NCBI RefSeq assembly: GCF_903645315.1
Contig: NZ_CAHJXL010000001.1
Span: 3,629,339 to 3,693,338 of the forward strand
Direction of reading: 5' to 3'
Length of the DNA stretch: 64,000 nt
From: Victivallis sp. Marseille-Q1083
GTDB lineage: Bacteria > Verrucomicrobiota > Lentisphaeria > Victivallales > Victivallaceae
Below the pieces are notes generated by a model, which did not search any database, was not told the DNA's origin, and was given only the letters and a program-made list of their open reading frames with translations. The position numbers and the translations under genes were made by a program. This document shows, piece by piece, positions 56,105-64,000 of the stretch (within the stretch, counting starts at the first letter, position 1; every line of letters starts with the position of its first letter).

Positions 56105-58426
56105 TCAATCGACCAGCGAGTTGCCGCGGACTGTAATATTGTGGACGCTCGGACGGTCGAAGATCAACCGGGGCGGCGGCGCCAGTTTGCTGCGTTGCCA
56201 GAGATTGTCTTCGATCGTCAGGCCGTCGGTATAAACCGCGTAAATCGAACCGCGGTACGGCTGCGCCCTCTGCCGCGGGGTCCACTGCTGGATCCGGTTG
56301 CCGCGCAGCGTGACGTTGGCCGCCGACGAAATATAGGCCAGTAAGCCGTAGCTGTCGATGAATTGATTGTCTTCGATCAGAATGTCGTGCAAAATCGGGT
56401 AGGAGGTTTTCTCGCTGGACGGATCGCTCTTCAAATAAACGCCGATGAAGATGTCCCGTTCCATGCCGTCGTTGACGGTGCCCTGCGGATTGGTCTGTTC
56501 GAAACGGTTGCGGCGGATGACGATATTGCCGGCGCCGTAGCCTTCGCTCCAGGAGTCGAAGGTATAACCGGTTTCGATTTTAATCGCTCCCATCTGATTG
56601 TGGAAGAAGCGGTTGTTTTCGACGGTGATATTTCTGCCCAGCAGCAGGATGCCGCGGGCCCGGTTGTCGTGGAAGTAGTTGTCGCGCAGCAGAATATTCG
56701 ACGAATCGTACGCCCAGTTGAAGACGATGAACCCTTCCTGCTTCATTTCCGGCAGGACGGCATCCATGGTCAGATGGAGTTGTCCGTCCTTTTCCCATAT
56801 GCCGGTGATTTTGCCGCGATAACCGGTCGGCGAATAATCTTCATGGCGCAATTCGAGTTCGTCGCCGACTTTATAATAGTACTGCATTCCCGGTCGGGCG
56901 ATTTGCAGTTCATGGTCGTCGGCCCGCTGGCAGAAGCTGGAGATGTCGTGGACGTTCAGGCAGTCGTCGCCGCCGAGCATGAATTCACAGCCGATCATTT
57001 TGAAGTAGCCGCAGGATTGGGCGACATGGCAATGGTCCGCCGTGCAGGTGATCGGCCGTCGTTCGCCGGCCGGCGGGCGGACGTGAGTATTCAACAGTTG
57101 CCAGTATTGCTGTTTGCCGCCGATGACAAACGCGTGGCTGGGAACCGAATGCACCGTGACATTTTCCACGGTCAGGTGACGGTTGTCGGACAGGCAGATG
57201 CCGGCCATGTCGTAGACGTAATGCCGCATCCGGAAAAGCTGCCCGACCGCCATGTCCCTGGTCATTTGACCGGTACCGGACAGACGCAGCAGGTTCGGCT
57301 TCAGCCACCGGTAATTCGGCTGCTGGAACCAGCGGTTGACGCTGTGTTCGACCCCCACCGACATCGTTGCCGGATCGATCTCTTCGATGTCGCGGATTTT
57401 GATTTTTTCAACCGGAAATTTTTCATAATCGATGAAGCGCAAATCGACTGAATCCTGCGCCGGGTCGATGGCGGCGACCTCGACGAAGCTGGCCAATGGA
57501 TCGACCTGCCAATCCCAGTCGATGGCGAAATTGGCAAATTCCACCTGTTCGCACCCCTGGATTTCCATCATCGCGGCAGATTCCTTCAGGAAGATCAGCA
57601 AAGCCCCGTTGCCGTCGAAGCGGAAATTATGCAGTCGCCGGAATTGCAGGCTTTGATTGGTCCGGAACCGGTAAGTGCCGGGAGGAACGGTCAATTGCGC
57701 CGCCTGTTGTGCGGCGCAGGCGTCGATTGCCTGCTGGAAAGCTGCAAAATTATCCGGATTGTCCGGCGAGGCGCCGAAATCGGCAACCGACAATACCGGC
57801 GCTCCGGCGGCCGGTTCGGGGCGTTTGATTGTAAATTCCGGCGCGCCGGTCGGTTCGGCATCGGTCGCCGCCGATCCGCCCGACGAAAACGGCCGGTCCA
57901 GTGCGACCGATTGCTCCGGAGATTCCAATTCCCGCAGCTGAAATGAACTGATCAATGCTTTCAATCGGTTATGCGTATGAATTTGAAACGCGTAATCCTG
58001 CGGTTCCGCCGGAGTCTTGAAACGGATCCGCTGCAATTTTTCACCGCGATTCTGCCATTGACTGATGACGTCGGAATAATTGTCGATGCTCGATTCGGGG
58101 CGGACCAGAAAGAGCAAACCGGAATCGCCGGGATTTTCGAGAATCCGGCTCCGGAAGGTCGCCTCATAGTGCCGCTCCGGCTTCAGCACGCCCGGCGCGG
58201 TTCGCCAGCAGACATTCCATTCACCGTCGCTTTGCCGCGTATCGACCAGCAATGCCGCCGAACCGTCCGGCTGGAGTTGGATTGTCGCATGCGAAGCATT
58301 CAGAATGCCGCAGGTGTCGTCCTGAAAAAAGTTCTCTGCCGCGACGGCGCTGAACATGGCGCACAGCAGATCGGCGACAACCAGCCAGAGCCGCAATCGC
58401 TTCCCGGAATGGAATTTGAAAATCAT
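56105..58426 (-). CDS. secreted right-handed parallel beta-helix repeat protein (pectate lyase superfamily-like)
   Basis: Signal peptide; multiple PbH1-type repeats (NNRFFHNQMGAIKIE, DNYFHDNRARGILLLG). Confidence 0.75.
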   Translation of the reverse strand: MIFKFHSGKRLRLWLVVADLLCAMFSAVAAENFFQDDTCGILNASHATIQLQPDGSAALLVDTRQSDGEWNVCWRTAPGVLKPERHYEATFRSRILENPGDSGLLFLVRPESSIDNYSDVISQWQNRGEKLQRIRFKTPAEPQDYAFQIHTHNRLKALISSFQLRELESPEQSVALDRPFSSGGSAATDAEPTGAPEFTIKRPEPAAGAPVLSVADFGASPDNPDNFAAFQQAIDACAAQQAAQLTVPPGTYRFRTNQSLQFRRLHNFRFDGNGALLIFLKESAAMMEIQGCEQVEFANFAIDWDWQVDPLASFVEVAAIDPAQDSVDLRFIDYEKFPVEKIKIRDIEEIDPATMSVGVEHSVNRWFQQPNYRWLKPNLLRLSGTGQMTRDMAVGQLFRMRHYVYDMAGICLSDNRHLTVENVTVHSVPSHAFVIGGKQQYWQLLNTHVRPPAGERRPITCTADHCHVAQSCGYFKMIGCEFMLGGDDCLNVHDISSFCQRADDHELQIARPGMQYYYKVGDELELRHEDYSPTGYRGKITGIWEKDGQLHLTMDAVLPEMKQEGFIVFNWAYDSSNILLRDNYFHDNRARGILLLGRNITVENNRFFHNQMGAIKIETGYTFDSWSEGYGAGNIVIRRNRFEQTNPQGTVNDGMERDIFIGVYLKSDPSSEKTSYPILHDILIEDNQFIDSYGLLAYISSAANVTLRGNRIQQWTPRQRAQPYRGSIYAVYTDGLTIEDNLWQRSKLAPPPRLIFDRPSVHNITVRGNSLVD

Positions 58427-58645
58427 GCCGTTTTCTCCTTTTAAGTTACGATGGAATCGTTGCCTGACGATAATTAATCACGCGGAGGGGACGGTTGTCA
58501 AACCGCCGGATTGGAAAAAAAGAATTTTTTCGACTTCGGGCTGTTTGCAAAAACCCCGGACACGAAGATTGAAAACTGTCGTTCAGCCAATTATATTACT
58601 GAATCATAAAATGAGCAATTGCCAGGCGGAGATGTGGATAAAAGA

Positions 58646-59746
58646 ATGGAGAACGACCACGCGGCCCCGCAGCGGGCGTGTCCGAATTGCGGCAACAGTC
58701 TGGAATTCGATCCGCAAAGCGGTTCTTTATATTGTCGGCACTGTGCCGGCCGGGAAGACATTGCCGCCGCCGGCCGGGCGGTGGAAATCCAGGAGAGCGA
58801 TTATAACCGGACTTTGGCGGAGTTGCAGCGGCAAAACGGCAGCGTCGAACAGTTGGCGGCGCACTGTGCCAACTGCGGCGCCGAAGTGATCTGGCCGCCG
58901 TTGATCACTGCCGACCGTTGTCCTTATTGCGATTCGCCGATCGTCGAACCGCCGCAGATGATTCGCCAACTGGCGCCGGGATATTTGCTGCCGTTCAAAC
59001 TGGACCAGGAAACGGCCAGGCGGTGTTTCCGGAAGTGGCTGAAAGGGCGTTGGTTCCTGCCCGATGCGGTCAAGCGCCTGACGGCGGAACGGCCGTTCGA
59101 CGGCATCTATCTGCCGTTCTGGACTTACGATTGCCGGACCCGAAGCCGGTATCAGGGAATGCGCGGCGATTATTATTACGTCACTGTCCACTATACGGTG
59201 CAGGAAAATGGCAAGACAGTGACGAGGGAGCGCCAGGAGCGCCGGACCCGCTGGCATTCGGTGGGCGGTTGTATCGACAATCGCTTTGACGATATTCTGG
59301 TGGCCGGCAGCAGAGTATTGCCGGCCGGACTGCTGGAAGAGCTGGAGCCGTGGGATTTCAGCAACCTGGTGCCGTATGACAGCAATTTTTTGCGCGGCTT
59401 CAAGGCGGAAGTCTATGCGGTCGAATTGGATGAGGGGTTTGAACAGGCCAAAGAGAAGACGGCCGGCGCCATTCGTGCCGCGGTATGTTCGGATATCGGC
59501 GGCGATGAGCAGCGAATCACTTCGTTATGCGTTGATTACCGGGAAATCCGTTTCAAATACCTGTTGCTGCCGATCTATCTGAGTGCGTTTCGCTGGCACG
59601 ATAAATTGTACCGTCTGGCGGTCAATGCCCGGACCGGGGAAGTGCAGGGGGAACGGCCGTGGAGCTGGATCAAAATTCTGGCGGCTTTACTGGCGGGTGC
59701 GGCGATATGCGGTATTCTTTGGCTGATGATTGATCATGGAATGTAA
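58646..59746 (+). CDS. hypothetical protein with two N-terminal zinc ribbons and a C-terminal TM anchor
   Basis: CPNCG..CRHC and CANCG..CPYC ribbons; ATG at 58646 (track start is TTG at 58619). Lies 20 nt upstream of the MFP gene. Confidence 0.6.
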   Translation: MENDHAAPQRACPNCGNSLEFDPQSGSLYCRHCAGREDIAAAGRAVEIQESDYNRTLAELQRQNGSVEQLAAHCANCGAEVIWPPLITADRCPYCDSPIVEPPQMIRQLAPGYLLPFKLDQETARRCFRKWLKGRWFLPDAVKRLTAERPFDGIYLPFWTYDCRTRSRYQGMRGDYYYVTVHYTVQENGKTVTRERQERRTRWHSVGGCIDNRFDDILVAGSRVLPAGLLEELEPWDFSNLVPYDSNFLRGFKAEVYAVELDEGFEQAKEKTAGAIRAAVCSDIGGDEQRITSLCVDYREIRFKYLLLPIYLSAFRWHDKLYRLAVNARTGEVQGERPWSWIKILAALLAGAAICGILWLMIDHGM

Positions 59747-59766
59747 ATATTGAGCAAGGAGAAAGC

Positions 59767-60963
59767 GTGATGAAATGGAACGGAATTTTGCTGGCGGCGG
59801 GCTGTCTGCTGCTGGGAATCAACGGCTGTAAGAAGACGGTCCAACTTCCGGCGCCTCCGCCGCCGGAAGTGCTGGTTTGTCCGACCTTCACCAGCGAAGT
59901 GCGGGAAGGGGTCACGGTGATCGGCCAGGTCAAATCCGATTTGTCGGTCGATTTGGTGGCGCGGGTCAGCGGTTATCTGCTGGAACGCGGCTTCGTGGAA
60001 GGCGCCAAGGTCAAGAAGGGCGATGTCCTCTATAAGATCGAGCCTTACGAATATGAGGCGGCGGTCAAGAAAGCCGAGGCCGACCTGCTGCAGGCCCAGG
60101 CCGACCAGAAGAATGCCGATACCGATTACAACCGGCAGAAAACTCTTTATGAACAGAATGCCGTTTCCGAGCGGGAATATGACAATGCGACTGCAGCCAA
60201 AATGGAGGCGGACGGCAAGGTGATGGCGTCGGAAGCGCAATTGGACCAGGCCAAGTTGAATTTGAGTTATACGGTCGTCTCGGCGCCGTTCGACGGCTGG
60301 GTCGGCTTCAACCAGTATTCGGTCGGCAATTTCGTCGGTCCGGAAAGCGGTACCCTGGCGACGGTCCGGGCGGAAAATCAGGTGCGGGTGGAATTCAATA
60401 TCAGCGAAATCATCCTGTTGAAATTGCAGGCGCACAAAGACAAGATCGATGACGGGCTGCTGCAGGTCCGCATCTCCTTTCAGGACGGCAGCGAGTATCC
60501 GAAGACCGGCAAGCTGGCTTATTTCGACAACCGGGTCAACGCCACCACCGGAACCCTGAAGTTGCAGGCCCTGTTCGACAATCCGGACCATGCCCTGATC
60601 GACGGACTTTACGTCAAGGTCCGGCTGGAAATGACGGAACCGGCGGCGGAAATCACCGTGCCGGAAGTCGCCATTCAGGAAGATCCTTCCGGCCGTTATG
60701 TCCTGGTGGTCGATGCCGACGGGACCGTGAAGCGCAAGAATATCGTCATCGGCGAAAGTTTCGGCGAGCTGACCGTGGTGCACGATGGTCTGGCGTTGGG
60801 CGACCAGGTCATCACCAGCGGCATTCAAAAGGTGCGGCTCAACCAGAAAGCGGTTGCCAAACCCGATCCGGCTTACGCGAAAGCCGTTCCGGAAAAGCCG
60901 GCGGAAGCGGCGGCTCCGACCGCCGGCCAGCCGGCGGCGCAACCCCGGGATGATCGGCAATGA
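59767..60963 (+). CDS. efflux RND transporter periplasmic adaptor subunit (membrane fusion protein) lipoprotein
   Basis: Lipobox GINGC; coiled-coil hairpin, lipoyl and beta-barrel domains (AcrA/MexA-like). Confidence 0.88.
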   Translation: MMKWNGILLAAGCLLLGINGCKKTVQLPAPPPPEVLVCPTFTSEVREGVTVIGQVKSDLSVDLVARVSGYLLERGFVEGAKVKKGDVLYKIEPYEYEAAVKKAEADLLQAQADQKNADTDYNRQKTLYEQNAVSEREYDNATAAKMEADGKVMASEAQLDQAKLNLSYTVVSAPFDGWVGFNQYSVGNFVGPESGTLATVRAENQVRVEFNISEIILLKLQAHKDKIDDGLLQVRISFQDGSEYPKTGKLAYFDNRVNATTGTLKLQALFDNPDHALIDGLYVKVRLEMTEPAAEITVPEVAIQEDPSGRYVLVVDADGTVKRKNIVIGESFGELTVVHDGLALGDQVITSGIQKVRLNQKAVAKPDPAYAKAVPEKPAEAAAPTAGQPAAQPRDDRQ

Positions 60964-63900
60964 TCAGTAAATTTTTCATCGAACGGCCGCGCTTCGCTTT
61001 TGTCATCGCCATTCTGATCAGCCTGGCCGGCCTGATTGCGCTTGGCGTGATGCCGGTGACGCAGTATCCCAACATTACGCCGTCCCAGGTGGCGGTTTCG
61101 GCCACCTATCCGGGCGCCGATGCGCTGACGCTGCAGCAGACGGTGGTGGAACCATTGGAAGCGCAGATCAACGGCGTCAAGCGCATGTTGTACATGTCCA
61201 GCACCAGCAGCGATTCCGGTTCGGCCACCATCACGGTGACGCTCGGCATCGGCACGGACGGCGACTCCAATACCGTCAATGTGCAGAACCGGGCGAACTG
61301 GGCGTTGAGCCAGTTGCCGGAGGAGGTGCAGCGGCAGGGGGTCATCGTCAAGGAGAAGTCGAGCAACATGCTGTTGGTGATGACGCTGTATTCGCCGAAG
61401 GGAACCTATGACGCGCTGTTTCTGACCAACTATGCGCTGCTGAACATCAAGGATGAATTGTCCCGGGTCAACGGCGTCGGCGATATCGGCCTGCTGGGCA
61501 ATTTGAATTATGCGATGCGCATCTGGCTCGATCCGGACCGGATGGCCAGTCTGGGCTTGGATGTCAACGACATCTCTTCCGCCATCAAAGCCCAGAATGT
61601 GCAGGTTTCTTCCGGGGCGCTCGGGGAAGCGCCGACGCCGGCCGATCAGATTTTCCGTTTTTCCATCCAGACGCAGGGCCGGTTGACTTCGGTGGAGGAG
61701 TTTGAAAACATCGTCATACGCGCTCTGGATGACGGCGCCCAGGTGAAGCTGAAGGATGTCGCCAAAGTGGAGCTCGGGGCGGAAACTTACACCTCCTCCG
61801 GCCTACTCAACGATGCGCCGGCGGCACTGCTGGCGATTTACCAGTTGAACGATGCCAACGGGCTGGCGATTGCCGAGGCGTGCAAAGCGAAGTTGGCCGA
61901 GCTGGCCGAGTCGTTTCCGGACGATTTGGAGTACGGCTTTCAATACGACACCACCAAATTCATCGACGCGTCGATCAGCGAAGTGGAGCGGACGCTGTTT
62001 GAAGCGGTGATCCTGGTGGTGCTGGTCACCTTCATCTTCCTGCAGAACTGGCGGATGACGCTGGTGCCGACCATCGCCATTCCGGTGTCGCTGATCGGGA
62101 CGTTTGCCGTGCTGCTGTCGATCGGCTATTCGATCAATTTGATCACTTTGTTCGGTTTGATCCTGGCGATCGGCATCGTCGTCGACGACGCCATCGTCGT
62201 CATCGAAAATGTCAGCCGCTTGATGGAGGAGGAAAAATTGTCGCCGAAAGCGGCTGCGCTGAAATCGATGGAGGAAGTTACCGGTCCGGTCATCGCCACG
62301 ACGGCGGTATTGCTGGCGATGTTCGTGCCGGTCTGTTTTTTGTCCGGCATCACCGGGGAGATGTACCGGCAGTTCGGCATCACCATTTCGGTGGCGGTGG
62401 CGATTTCGGCGATCAACGCCCTGACCCTGAGTCCGGCATTGAGTGCGATTCTGCTCAAACCGCCGTCGAAGCAGCCGCGCCGGAAATTTTTCGCCTTCCG
62501 CTGGTTCGATGCTTTTTTCGACCGTTTGACGGCCTCGTACGGCTGGACAGTCGGTAAACTGCTGCGGGCGGCCCTGCTGGTGTTCGTCATCTATTGCGCC
62601 CTGACTTTTCTGACCTTGCGGCTGTTCAACCAGTTGCCGACCGGTTTCATTCCCGGCGAGGATCAGGGAGCCTTTTTCGTCAACGTTCAATTGCCGGACA
62701 ATGCTTCGCTGGAGCGCACCGAGGCGGTCGTCAAACGGATCAACGACATCCTGTTGGCGGAACCGGGCGTGTCCGACGTCATCGCCAGCCCCGGTTTCAG
62801 TATTTTGACCGGTACGAACGCGTCGAACAATGCGATGATGATCGGCGTGCTCAAGGACTGGTCCGAACGGCAGACGCCGGATTTGTATCAAAGCGCCATC
62901 GTCAGCCGGGTGCAGAAGAAGTTGAGTGCCATTCCGGAAGCGGTGATTCAGGCGTTCGACATTCCGACCATTCCGGGCATCGGCGTCACCGGCGGTTTTT
63001 CGTTCGTCGTCGAAGACACCACCGGAACCGATCCGGCCAGGATGATGGAAGCGCTGGACCAGTTGATCGCCGAGGCCAACCAGGATCCGGCCCTGACGCA
63101 GGTCTATACCACCTACCGGGCGGCGCTGCGGCAGGTCTATCTGGAAATCGACCGGGAAAAAGCGTTGAAGATGGGAGTCAGTCTGGACAGCATCAACAAT
63201 GCGCTGCAGGGGTTGATGGGATATGCCTACGTCAACGATTTCAATAAATTCGGCAAGGTCTACAAGGTGGAAATTCAGTCTCAGGCCGACAGCCGCGCCG
63301 TCACTTCGGATATCAACCGGCTGTACGTCCGCAACAGCGGCGGTGAAATGGTGCCGCTGAATACGCTGGTGATGGTCAAAACCCGTTATGCGCCGCAGTA
63401 TCTGACGCGATATAACATGTATTCTTCCGCGACGGTCCAGGGGATGCCGCGTCCCGGCGTCAGTTCCGGAACGGCGATGGCGGCGATGGAGGCGGTGGCC
63501 AAGCGGACTTTGCCGGCCGGCATGCGTTACGAATGGACCGATATGTCCTATCAGGAGAAGGCGGCGGAAGACCAGATCGGCATCGTCTTTGCGTTGGCGT
63601 TGTTGTTCATTTATCTCTTCCTGGTCGCCCAATATGAGAGCTGGATGATCCCGTTCGGCGTGATTCTTTCGGTGCCGATCGCCTTGTTCGGCGCCGTGCT
63701 CTTCCTGATGCTGCGCAACATCGACAACAATATTTACACCCAGGTCGGCCTGGTGCTGCTCTGCGGCATCGCCTGTAAAACCGCCATCCTGATCGTCGAA
63801 TTCGCCAAAGTCAAACATGAGGAGGGCATGCCGATTCTCGAAGCGGCCGCATTTGCGGCGAAATTGCGGTTCCGGGCGGTTCTGATGACGGCAATCTCCT

Positions 63901-64000
63901 TTATCCTCGGCACCCTGCCGCTGGTGGTCGCCACCGGGCCGGGCGCCAACAGCCGCCAGGCGCTGGGAACGGCGGTGGTCGGCGGCATGTTTATGGCGGT
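60960..64000 (+). CDS. RND efflux pump inner-membrane transporter (AcrB/MexB-like), 3' end beyond window
   Basis: ATGA overlap with the MFP stop. Starts MISKFFIERPRFAFVIAILI, then the TM1/porter domain. Not in the track because it runs off the window. Confidence 0.88.
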   Translation, partial: MISKFFIERPRFAFVIAILISLAGLIALGVMPVTQYPNITPSQVAVSATYPGADALTLQQTVVEPLEAQINGVKRMLYMSSTSSDSGSATITVTLGIGTDGDSNTVNVQNRANWALSQLPEEVQRQGVIVKEKSSNMLLVMTLYSPKGTYDALFLTNYALLNIKDELSRVNGVGDIGLLGNLNYAMRIWLDPDRMASLGLDVNDISSAIKAQNVQVSSGALGEAPTPADQIFRFSIQTQGRLTSVEEFENIVIRALDDGAQVKLKDVAKVELGAETYTSSGLLNDAPAALLAIYQLNDANGLAIAEACKAKLAELAESFPDDLEYGFQYDTTKFIDASISEVERTLFEAVILVVLVTFIFLQNWRMTLVPTIAIPVSLIGTFAVLLSIGYSINLITLFGLILAIGIVVDDAIVVIENVSRLMEEEKLSPKAAALKSMEEVTGPVIATTAVLLAMFVPVCFLSGITGEMYRQFGITISVAVAISAINALTLSPALSAILLKPPSKQPRRKFFAFRWFDAFFDRLTASYGWTVGKLLRAALLVFVIYCALTFLTLRLFNQLPTGFIPGEDQGAFFVNVQLPDNASLERTEAVVKRINDILLAEPGVSDVIASPGFSILTGTNASNNAMMIGVLKDWSERQTPDLYQSAIVSRVQKKLSAIPEAVIQAFDIPTIPGIGVTGGFSFVVEDTTGTDPARMMEALDQLIAEANQDPALTQVYTTYRAALRQVYLEIDREKALKMGVSLDSINNALQGLMGYAYVNDFNKFGKVYKVEIQSQADSRAVTSDINRLYVRNSGGEMVPLNTLVMVKTRYAPQYLTRYNMYSSATVQGMPRPGVSSGTAMAAMEAVAKRTLPAGMRYEWTDMSYQEKAAEDQIGIVFALALLFIYLFLVAQYESWMIPFGVILSVPIALFGAVLFLMLRNIDNNIYTQVGLVLLCGIACKTAILIVEFAKVKHEEGMPILEAAAFAAKLRFRAVLMTAISFILGTLPLVVATGPGANSRQALGTAVVGGMFMA

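Noticed and set aside
61803-63818. 671-aa minus-strand ORF
   Set aside because: Antisense to the RND transporter.

Overview
High-GC (~60%) chromosomal segment from an anaerobic diderm bacterium; the gene content is PVC/Lentisphaerae-like (msbA, lpxA, many secreted CAZyme-like proteins, EamA transporters). It is mostly a housekeeping backbone: proB, miaB, ruvB, tkt, queA, nadD, lpxA, gpmI, nadA, rpsO and tRNA-Gly. Two oxidative-stress loci sit in it: a rubredoxin-GltS fusion with rubrerythrin, and a perR-sor-fprA-rubredoxin operon. Putative mobile or foreign elements: one IS110-family insertion splits an nfeD-flotillin pair; an 0.9 kb low-GC islet carries a single gene; a 133-bp MITE-like element has 11-bp perfect terminal inverted repeats. 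Three small genes are absent from the ORF track because they are under 60 aa: a rubredoxin, a 2x[4Fe-4S] ferredoxin and a 24-aa peptide. No CRISPR array and no rRNA were found. The ORF track reports GTG/TTG starts as M, so several starts were re-placed at internal ATGs with Shine-Dalgarno support. Coordinates of features not in the track may be off by 1-2 nt. Many long ORFs antisense to real genes were rejected as GC-driven artefacts.
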